A model generated the notes under the pieces. It saw only the letters and a program-made list of their open reading frames with translations, made no database searches and was not told the origin of the DNA. Of a stretch of DNA of 58,885 nt, positions 9,145-16,385 are shown piece by piece. The position numbers were made by a program, and so were the translations under genes. Source of the stretch: an uncultured Butyricicoccus sp. (GTDB taxonomy: Bacteria; Bacillota; Clostridia; Oscillospirales; Butyricicoccaceae); NCBI GenBank assembly GCA_964513445.1, contig CAZEMM010000002.1, positions 1 to 58,885 on the forward strand. Direction: 5' to 3'. Position 1 is the first letter of the stretch. The number at the start of each line of letters is the position of its first letter.

Positions 9145-9994
9145 TCGCTTTTTCCTCCGACAGCGTCTCGTTCATACTTCCCGTGCGATATCCGCCTAAA
9201 TCCAATGTAACATAGGCGAATCCGACTTCCTTGAGGCGGGAATAAATGCGGAGACGGTTTCTCTCCTGCATCAAGAGCGGAAACTCCTCCGGCAGAACCT
9301 CAATTCTTGCAACGGTATTCTTATCCTGCCCGTGAATCCGCACGCGCACCTGATGAAAGCCCATATTCAAAAGGAACTGCTCCGCCTTGTCCACCATACC
9401 GAGCCTTTTTTCATCGATGGTTTCGCCATAGACAAACCGAGATGACAGGCAGGCGAAGGATGGCTTGTCCCATGTAGGCAAGCACTGTTCTCTGGAAAGC
9501 AGGCGGATTTCGTCCTTGGTAAGCTGCGCATAACGCAGAGGACTGGTTATGCCAAGCTCTTCAACTGCGACCAGCCCCGGACGATAATCGCCAGTATCAT
9601 CAATATTAGAGCCTTCCGCTACCTCTGCAATGTTATTTTCTTTCGCAATATTTAGGATCTTTTCAAACAGTTCACGCTTGCATAGGTAGCATCTGTTTTT
9701 CGGATTCTGGCGGAAACCGGCAATGTCCAGCTCCTCCGATTCCACGATGATATGGCGGATACCTTTCTCCGCGCAGAATTTTTTTGCCTCCTCCAGTTCC
9801 CGCTTCGGGAAAGAACAGGAAGATGCGGTAACAGCAATAACCTTGTCTCCAAGCACATCCACAGCCGTTTGCAGCAGGAACGTAGAATCCACGCCGCTGG
9901 AAAATGCGACAGCAACGCTGCCAAGGCTTTTCAGGTACTTTTGCAATTTCTGGTATTTATTATGGACTTTATCTATTTTCATTTTCTCATTCAT
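9134..9994 (-). CDS. larE: LarE-family ATP-dependent sulfur transferase
   Basis: PP-loop FSSGVDS, NRCYLCK, DYRPGL, KPSFACLSSRF, VRVRIH, ARIEV, TLDLGGYRTGSMN. Confidence 0.92.
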   Translation of the reverse strand: MNEKMKIDKVHNKYQKLQKYLKSLGSVAVAFSSGVDSTFLLQTAVDVLGDKVIAVTASSCSFPKRELEEAKKFCAEKGIRHIIVESEELDIAGFRQNPKNRCYLCKRELFEKILNIAKENNIAEVAEGSNIDDTGDYRPGLVAVEELGITSPLRYAQLTKDEIRLLSREQCLPTWDKPSFACLSSRFVYGETIDEKRLGMVDKAEQFLLNMGFHQVRVRIHGQDKNTVARIEVLPEEFPLLMQERNRLRIYSRLKEVGFAYVTLDLGGYRTGSMNETLSEEKANAN

Positions 9995-10167
9995 GTTTGC
10001 GCCCCTCTCTGAATGACATTGCCGTCAAGGACAATTTCTCCGGCATTCAGCACAGCTGTCCCAGACATGGCCTTGTCGCATTTCGTTATGCGCCACAGAC
10101 ACGCTGCCATCCTCGCGGGCTGTTATCCGATATGAAGCTGTAAAGCTTCAAATTTGTATTCACTCAT
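9991..10167 (-). pseudogene. Remnant of O-acetylhomoserine sulfhydrylase (MetY-type) N-terminus, stop-interrupted and joined to an unrelated tail
   Basis: Reads MSEYKFEALQLHIG-stop (TAA 10123-10125), matching the typical MetY start (YKFETLQLHVGQ). The frame continues to a TGA overlapping the larE ATG. Confidence 0.6.
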
Positions 10168-10232
10168 GGCAATGCTCTATTGGTTAGATCATATCGGTTC
10201 AAGCATTTTCCTTGTGATGTTTCGCCTTTGAC

Positions 10233-10260
10233 AAAAAACAGGAGCTTATAAAAGCTCCCG
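10233..10260 (-). terminator. Intrinsic terminator inside the operon leader (attenuator)
   Basis: Minus strand CGGGAGCTT-TTAT-AAGCTCCTG followed by TTTTTT, between the promoter and larE. Confidence 0.75.
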
Positions 10261-10351
10261 GAATGGCGGACGATATACGGATAGACCAGGCCGCTCAAAC
10301 GTGCTGAAGAGCAAGCATGACTGTGCCCTGTCATATAACAAGCCCAAGAGT

Positions 10352-10405
10352 TTAGCATTCTACAACACATGAAGCAGTTGTTTCCTTATAAACGAATGCT
10401 GCCAT
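10352..10405 (-). CDS. Putative leader peptide MAAFVYKETTASCVVEC
   Basis: AGAAGGAG RBS (10413-10420) directly downstream of a consensus promoter; two Cys codons near the end; followed by a terminator. Confidence 0.55.
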   Translation of the reverse strand: MAAFVYKETTASCVVEC

Positions 10406-10448
10406 CGCTTTTCTCCTTCTGAATGGCCTGCTCAGATTCAACAAATGT

Positions 10449-10481
10449 ATTATAGACCCAATTGCCTATTATGTCAATAGG
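10449..10481 (-). promoter_or_regulatory. Sigma-A promoter of the sulfur operon with an overlapping palindrome
   Basis: TTGACA (10477-10472), 17 bp, TATAAT (10454-10449). Inverted repeat CCTATT-5-AATAGG (10465-10481) covers the -35. Confidence 0.8.
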
Positions 10482-10613
10482 TGTTTTGGGAATTGAAAAT
10501 TCCATCTTGTTTCTCCTATGCGGACATTTTGAGAGGTATCCTGATCGTTGTTCACGGTCAGGATTTCTTTTGACTCTTTACGTGGGGTTCCTTGTATTCT
10601 GCTGATCTCTGCG

Positions 10614-11585
10614 TTAATCCGATTCAATCTCGTAAGTGAATCCGGCACTGGTGATCGCCTGAATCGTATCTGCAATTCCCTGCCCGCCCGCGGTAAGATA
10701 TCCGGAAGCAAAAATGGAATTCACGACACGCAGAAGATTCTTTTCTTCTCCCTTGAAATAAATCTCTCGCCCCGCAGCACAACGGAGATCCGACTCCGGC
10801 ACCAGAAGTCTTGCCAGACATAAAACCTTCATGCAGTAAGAAGTCGTGAGCGTGGAAATATCCGCATTTTCAAGCGGAGTTCCCTGAATCGGAAGCAAAA
10901 AGTTAATCGGAAGCGCTTCCGGCCTGATTTCCCGCAGTTCCAGAAGCATATCCACAACATCCTCTTTGCTTTCTCCCATGCCTATAATACCGCCGCTACA
11001 GATTTCAAATCCCAGACGCTGTAGCATATGTATATTTTCCACGCGCTGTTCAAATGTATGTGTGGTACAAATATTTTTGTAATAAGAACGGCTGCTGTTC
11101 AGGTTGTGATTGATCCGGTCCAGTCCGGCTTCTTTCAGCATCAGCGCCTGTTTTTCTGTCAGAAATCCGATGGAACAACAAAGATGCGTACACTTTTCTT
11201 TCATAATACGGATCCGTTCTGCGAGCTGTTCAATTTCCGAGTCTGTAAACTTCATTCCGCTAAGTCCAATGCAGTGCCGGGACAGATGATACTGATTTAC
11301 AAAATCATTGTCCCGATACAGTGTTTCATCGGATACCCATTTGTATTTATCAATGTCTGCCTTAGAACGACAGGACTGCGCGCAGTAAGCACAATCCTGA
11401 GAACAGTTGCCGCTTCGGGCATTCGTTAGGATATGGATGCTGACATGATTCCCCTTGTACGTTCTGCGAAGCTTTTCCGCACGCGCGATGAGATTCTCCA
11501 GTTCCGCATCCGGAGTATTCAGAATCTCAATGGCCTCCTCTCGGGAAATTACAGCATTTTCCTTCTCTTTCCATTCAGAACACAT
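10614..11585 (-). CDS. bioB: Biotin synthase (radical SAM)
   Basis: CSQDCAYC, RHCIG, LCCSIG, NHNLNSS, ICSGGIIGMGE, PINFL, LRCAAGRE. Start set at ATG 11585 after AAGAAGG, downstream of the promoter. Confidence 0.9.
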   Translation of the reverse strand: MCSEWKEKENAVISREEAIEILNTPDAELENLIARAEKLRRTYKGNHVSIHILTNARSGNCSQDCAYCAQSCRSKADIDKYKWVSDETLYRDNDFVNQYHLSRHCIGLSGMKFTDSEIEQLAERIRIMKEKCTHLCCSIGFLTEKQALMLKEAGLDRINHNLNSSRSYYKNICTTHTFEQRVENIHMLQRLGFEICSGGIIGMGESKEDVVDMLLELREIRPEALPINFLLPIQGTPLENADISTLTTSYCMKVLCLARLLVPESDLRCAAGREIYFKGEEKNLLRVVNSIFASGYLTAGGQGIADTIQAITSAGFTYEIESD

Positions 11586-11622
11586 AAATATACCTTCTTT
11601 AAAAAACATAGAATACTTTTGG

Positions 11623-11676
11623 ATTCTATCATATAAAAAATCGATTGTCAACCAAATTGCTGTCAGACGTTTACAT
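11623..11676 (-). promoter_or_regulatory. bioB promoter with overlapping BirA operator
   Basis: TTGACA (11651-11646), 17 bp, TGnTAGAAT (-10 at 11628-11623). TGTCAAC-N16-GTTTACA (11646-11675) fits the BirA box consensus. Confidence 0.75.
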
Positions 11677-11767
11677 ACAATAGACTGGGCTTCGTAACAA
11701 TTCGGCGGGCAATAAAATCTGCCCATTTTGTATGTGTTTCTTTCGCCTGGCTCCAACGATTAACATA

Positions 11768-11832
11768 AAAAAACCTCCAAGTACAATGGAATCGGCTTTA
11801 TAGCCGCATGTCCAAAGACAAGGAGGTTTTTT
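11768..11832. terminator. Long imperfect hairpin, probable terminator of the yccA-like gene
   Basis: AAAAAACCTCC...GGAGGTTTTTT outer stem with inner CGGCT-TTAT-AGCCG. Confidence 0.6.
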
Positions 11833-11848
11833 GCATTTTCAGCGCGCC

Positions 11849-12538
11849 TTAATTTCGTTTGCTAAACAGACGCAGCAGGTACAAAAAGATATTAATAAAA
11901 TCAAGATACAACTGCAATGCGGAAATGATAGACGCTTTTTGCAGCAGAACAGCGTCGCCAGAGAACGTCTGATAATTTTGGCGGATTTTCTGTGTGTCAT
12001 ATGCGGTGAATGCCACAAAAACAACGACGCCGATCAGACACAGACCAGTATTGAGCGCCGGGATAAAAATCGACAGCAGCGCTATGGTTAACAACGCGAT
12101 CAGGCCAAAGAGCAGCACCGGACGAATGCGCGACAGATCCGTCTTGGTGAACATGCCATAGAGCGCCATAATGCCAAAATATAGCGCAGTCATGCCGAAT
12201 ACGAAGATCATCGACAAGACGGAATACGCCGCAAACAGCGCGGAAAAGGTTACTCCGTTTAGTATGGCATACGCAAAGAACAGAATTCGTGCCGTGGTAA
12301 TGTTCATCTTGTGCAGCCGGGCTGACAGATAAATGACAACGGCAATTTCCGCAATCAGCAGAATGAGCGGCAAAACACTCTGATACAGCAGGGTGACTGC
12401 GCCGCTGGCATACAGTGCGGTTGCGATGGCGAATGTGGTCAGCAGACCGAGGAACATCCAACCAAAGGTCTTTGTGGTATACGTCGCAATTGACTCAGAC
12501 TGCGTGCCAAAGACCTGAGGATCATATCCCTGTGACAT
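11849..12538 (-). CDS. Bax inhibitor-1/YccA family membrane protein
   Basis: About seven TM segments; TAYDTQKI and ALQLYLDFINIFLYLL motifs; AGGAGG RBS. Confidence 0.92.
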   Translation of the reverse strand: MSQGYDPQVFGTQSESIATYTTKTFGWMFLGLLTTFAIATALYASGAVTLLYQSVLPLILLIAEIAVVIYLSARLHKMNITTARILFFAYAILNGVTFSALFAAYSVLSMIFVFGMTALYFGIMALYGMFTKTDLSRIRPVLLFGLIALLTIALLSIFIPALNTGLCLIGVVVFVAFTAYDTQKIRQNYQTFSGDAVLLQKASIISALQLYLDFINIFLYLLRLFSKRN

Positions 12539-12872
12539 GAAACATACACCTCCTAAAGTTCAATCGGGTAAATTGGGTTTTCGAACTGCCCCTTATAGGA
12601 CGCACCGGCATTGCGGTACGTCCGTCTTTCTCCATGTGTGATAATAATGCTGCGCTTATTATACTGCATTTCATGCAAAATGTACACAAGCTTTGCAAAA
12701 ACATTTATGTACATTTCGTAAACAAATATACATCAACTAAAATTTTGCTGCAATTGTATAATAATTGAGGATTCAGCATAATCGTGGCAATGGATATGCC
12801 GGGAGTGTCTTAGTTGCGCCGGAAATGGAATCTGTCACTGCGCCTCCGAAAGTATGTTATTGTGCACCTGTT

Positions 12873-14417
12873 TTATTTCCGGACGTTCTGTTTGTTTTGC
12901 TGTTTGCGTTTGCGCGCCTTTTTGCGGCGGCGGTTTCTGCGTCGATTGCGCCCCGCGATAAACGATAGGATCAGATAGATTACAAAGATGATGATGATAA
13001 CCGCGACGGCGATGCGCACATAGGTAATGCGGAAAAAGCTGGCGATCTGGTCGAGTACGTATAGGACGGGAGAACGCTCGACAGCGGACAGTGCGACGAG
13101 GTCTGCCGATGCGCATTCCATACCGTCAAAGGAGTATGTGACAGTTCCGAGCTTTTGACCCGCTTCGATCGGCGCGTCGTAGCTTTCGTCCACCGTAATT
13201 TTGGTATCCAGGTCGTTCTTCGTTGCGTTATTCGGAATGAGGACGGAGATATCGGAGGAGGTCACCAGCGTGACATGATCTGCGCCGCGGCCCAACCGTA
13301 CAGGGCATTCAGTCACAGCCTCGCCCGCCTCAGTTGCTGTTTGCATGCTGAAGTTGTCAAATGCCCAGTCAAACATGCGGACAGTTTCGGTAAAGCTGCC
13401 GGCATACGGAGAGCCTGCCTCCGCGCCAAGAATGACGGAATAGTAGGTGTATCCGCTCTGCTTGGCAAAGGCAACCAGACAATAGCCCGCCGGGGTCGTG
13501 TGGCCGGTTTTGATGCCATAGCAGTTGTCATAGTAGATATTGCTCGAGCTGCTGAAGATTAAATCGTTCGTTGTGTAGATCACGCGCTCGTCGTTCATAT
13601 TGGTGGCGGGCAGCTTTTTCTGCGCCGTGTTGACGATTGTTGCGAATGTAGAATCCTGCATAGCCTGTTGCGAGATGAGGAACAGATCGTAGGCGCTTGT
13701 GTAGTGGTCATCATCATGCAGGCCGTTCGGATTGACAAAGTGCGTGTTGGTGCAGCCCAGCTCTGCGGCGCGGTCATTCATCATTTTGACAAAATCCTCG
13801 ACGGAGCCTGCTGTGACGCGCGCCAGAGCGTTAGCCGCCTCATTGCCGGAGGGCAGCATCATGCAGTAAAGCAGGTCTTCAACGGAAATCTGCTCGCCGA
13901 CCTTCAGTCCAGCGCTGCTCGCGCCGCTGCTGACGTCAGTAAAATCCTCGCTCTGCATTGTGACGGTATCGCCAAGATTGCAGTTTTCCAGTGCGAGCAG
14001 TGCGGTCATAATCTTGGTGCACGACGCGGGATACAGCTTTTCATGTTCATTTTCCGCGTGCAGCACCTCGCCGGTCTCACTGTTGACGAGAAGGGATGCC
14101 TTTGCGTTGATGCTGATGGTCGGCATGCTGTCGGTCGGCGTCTGTTCCTCCTGTTCCGATTGATTGGTATCGTCCGCATCATCCGCGTTGCCGTCATTGT
14201 CGGCATCGTCCGCGTCGGCATCGGTCGAATCCGCGTTTTCCGAATCGTCCGACTGCGTCACTTCTGCGGCATCCGACGCCTCCTCTGCCTGCTCCGTTTG
14301 TTCGGTCTGCGCAGTGGTGTCGGAGTCAGTCTCCGGCTGCGCAAACGATGGCAGCGCCATGCCTGCCGCCAGCAGGATGGAAAGCAGCGCGGCGGCAAAT
14401 TGCTTTTTATATTTCAT
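12873..14417 (-). CDS. D-alanyl-D-alanine carboxypeptidase (peptidase S11) with acidic N-terminal linker and C-terminal anchor
   Basis: PASCTK (SxxK), SGN, NPNGLH, KTG. Signal peptide starts MKYKKQF at 14417 after GGAGG; C-terminal TM plus basic tail. Confidence 0.9.
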   Translation of the reverse strand: MKYKKQFAAALLSILLAAGMALPSFAQPETDSDTTAQTEQTEQAEEASDAAEVTQSDDSENADSTDADADDADNDGNADDADDTNQSEQEEQTPTDSMPTISINAKASLLVNSETGEVLHAENEHEKLYPASCTKIMTALLALENCNLGDTVTMQSEDFTDVSSGASSAGLKVGEQISVEDLLYCMMLPSGNEAANALARVTAGSVEDFVKMMNDRAAELGCTNTHFVNPNGLHDDDHYTSAYDLFLISQQAMQDSTFATIVNTAQKKLPATNMNDERVIYTTNDLIFSSSSNIYYDNCYGIKTGHTTPAGYCLVAFAKQSGYTYYSVILGAEAGSPYAGSFTETVRMFDWAFDNFSMQTATEAGEAVTECPVRLGRGADHVTLVTSSDISVLIPNNATKNDLDTKITVDESYDAPIEAGQKLGTVTYSFDGMECASADLVALSAVERSPVLYVLDQIASFFRITYVRIAVAVIIIIFVIYLILSFIAGRNRRRNRRRKKARKRKQQNKQNVRK

Positions 14418-14916
14418 CGGTGTTTTCCTCCGTTTTTGATGTATGTACCGCCGTATACGCATCAGGTGCGCGGCTTGCATCGGACGGCTCGGAAATGTCA
14501 TCCGGCTGCCTGATTTCGGACGGCTCGTCCGCAGAGGGGACAGGTTCATCCGTGATTGCAGGCGCATGTTCCTCCCACAGATCGGAAAATTCACTGAGGT
14601 CTGGAGACAGCAACGGCTTGTCCCGCTCCTCGGATCGCGATGGCTGCTCCGGTGCGCTGGGCGCGGCGGCCTCGTTTTCCTCAAAGAAAAAGTCGGCGTC
14701 GGTAAACCGGCCGCGGATGCGCGCGGGCTTTGGCGGCTTGCGGCGCAGCGCATTGTATGCAAATCGACGGCAGCTGCCCGCCAGCGCTACGATGCCGCGA
14801 AAGTCACAAACGCCCTGATATTCATTATCCGGCTTGCAGTGTGCGCAATATGCACAGTGCGGCTCGATGGATTGGTTATACAGGCAACTTTTTCGGAACA
14901 GGTTGAACATATTCAT
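14407..14916 (-). CDS. Hypothetical protein with CxxCxxC-type Cys motif and acidic Pro-rich tail
   Basis: AGAAGGAG RBS; IEPHCAYCAHC...GVC...SCRRF; 3' end overlaps the carboxypeptidase start. Confidence 0.7.
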   Translation of the reverse strand: MNMFNLFRKSCLYNQSIEPHCAYCAHCKPDNEYQGVCDFRGIVALAGSCRRFAYNALRRKPPKPARIRGRFTDADFFFEENEAAAPSAPEQPSRSEERDKPLLSPDLSEFSDLWEEHAPAITDEPVPSADEPSEIRQPDDISEPSDASRAPDAYTAVHTSKTEENTDEI

Positions 14917-15054
14917 TCTCCTTCTAAATGGTGAACACTTTTATTATATCGTATCTCTGGCTGCGTTTCCAGATGTATAACGCAAAAATTATCGCTAAAA
15001 AATTGCATCATAAACAGTTAAATATCAGCATACGGGCATGATGGGTCAAAAACC

Positions 15055-16026
15055 TCAAAAATAAACGGGAAATACCATGCATAGCAGCGCGCAAAGCGCG
15101 GCGGCAAGCGCAGCATGTGCGCATTTGCCCAAAGCAGCGTGCCGGAATGACAAGCCTTCTGTCACGGCGGCAGTTTGAAACAGCACAGACAGCCCGCCGA
15201 ACGCACACAGAAAAGATGCGGAGATCAGCCGTGCCGTGACGCTGCCTGAGACGCTCGTCAGACTGGCAAGACCCTGTGTCAGCTCGAGACAGCCGACCAG
15301 TACGCTGTATGCGCCGGACTGCGTGAGACCGAGCGGCGCGGTACAGACGGAGAGAACGGCGGCTGCTGTTTGCAGCAGTGTTGTTTGACGCAGCAGGCAG
15401 ACGATGACGGAAAAAAACAGAACAAAAGACGAGACGAGCAGGCAGGAGCGTCCCGCATCGGTCACTGCATGGATGAGCGATGGAAAAAAGGGAGGAAGCT
15501 CCGCTGTCTTCCATTTTTCAGCGGGCGGCATTTGCCTGGGGCGCGATAGCAGCGCGGCAAGCAGGGCAGAGCAGATATGGACGCAGTATAAAAACAGACC
15601 GGCACGCAGCGAACCGAACAGTCCGCCGCCGCACATGCCGATGAGAAAGGCAGGGCCTGTGTTGTTGCAGCAGACGAGCAGCGCGTTTGCCTGCTCGCGC
15701 GTACACAGTCCGCCGCGCCACAGATCAGCGACCGTGCGCGCTCCGGCGGGATAGCCGCCCAAAAAGCCCAGGACCAGCGCGGCTGCGCCGCATTCCGGGA
15801 GATGCAATACATGTCGGAGCATAGGGGCTAGCAGTCGTCCGAGCAGCTGTGCCAGTCCACAGGAGACGCACAGCGCGCTGACTGCGAAAAAAGGAAACAG
15901 CGCGGGAATTACGCGTGTCAGACACAGCAGCAGCGCATATTGTACCGCCTCAGCGCAGGCCGCGCTGTTTTGACATAACAGGATGAGAAAGACCACACAG
16001 ATAGTCGGAACAAACGCATGCCTCAC
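15055..16026 (-). CDS. ylbJ: Sporulation integral membrane protein YlbJ family
   Basis: VIPALFPFF, GGYPAGA, NNTGPAF, LELTQG, FGGLSV motifs. Confidence 0.8.
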   Translation of the reverse strand: MRHAFVPTICVVFLILLCQNSAACAEAVQYALLLCLTRVIPALFPFFAVSALCVSCGLAQLLGRLLAPMLRHVLHLPECGAAALVLGFLGGYPAGARTVADLWRGGLCTREQANALLVCCNNTGPAFLIGMCGGGLFGSLRAGLFLYCVHICSALLAALLSRPRQMPPAEKWKTAELPPFFPSLIHAVTDAGRSCLLVSSFVLFFSVIVCLLRQTTLLQTAAAVLSVCTAPLGLTQSGAYSVLVGCLELTQGLASLTSVSGSVTARLISASFLCAFGGLSVLFQTAAVTEGLSFRHAALGKCAHAALAAALCALLCMVFPVYF

Positions 16027-16133
16027 AGTACATTTCCCCCTTTATACTCGGTATATTGTATCGGAAACGTGCAAATCTCATGCCTGCACCGCATATTTAT
16101 TTGGGAGGGACTGCGCGAAGGAGGGACGGCATC

Positions 16134-16385
16134 ATGGAGCAAAAGCGGTTTTCGTTGGCGCAGGATCCGATTGTGGAGCTGGACGGAAATAAAAGTGTGG
16201 TAATTTCCGGACGCTGTGTGATCACACTGTACAGCGATACAGAGATGCGCGTCTGCTGCGGGAGATTGACGGTTTGCGTGTACGGGACCGGCCTGGAGCT
16301 GCAAACACTGGATGAGCGTGAGCTGTCCATCAGCGGGCTGATCGCGGACATTAGCTTTGTGACAGGAGAGGGGGCGGCGCAATGA
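16134..16385 (+). CDS. yqfC: YabP/YqfC family sporulation protein
   Basis: AAGGAGG RBS before ATG 16134; small beta-rich ORF overlapping the yqfD start (ATGA). Confidence 0.75.
   Translation: MEQKRFSLAQDPIVELDGNKSVVISGRCVITLYSDTEMRVCCGRLTVCVYGTGLELQTLDERELSISGLIADISFVTGEGAAQ

Noticed and set aside
10056-10435. NiCo riboswitch (CTGAGCAGGC at 10435-10426 and TGGGACAG at 10063-10056), attractive because LarE is nickel-linked
   Set aside because: The two half-motifs are about 370 nt apart with a terminator between them, far longer than the known aptamer. An Rfam scan would settle it.
10230-10450. T-box or SAM-I riboswitch in the sulfur operon leader
   Set aside because: No GGTGGNACC T-box sequence and no ATC..GAG/GCAACC/GTGC SAM-I core visible on the minus strand.
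10614-11585. BioB-like protein as a novel radical SAM enzyme acting on the leader peptide or mini-protein (RiPP)
   Set aside because: All BioB-specific motifs and a BirA operator are present, and there is no SPASM/RRE domain.
11586-11756. N-terminal extension of BioB given in the ORF track
   Set aside because: It spans the promoter and BirA box; the RBS supports ATG 11585.
14418-14762. N-terminal extension of the carboxypeptidase ORF
   Set aside because: It overlaps the upstream gene; the signal peptide and RBS start at 14417.
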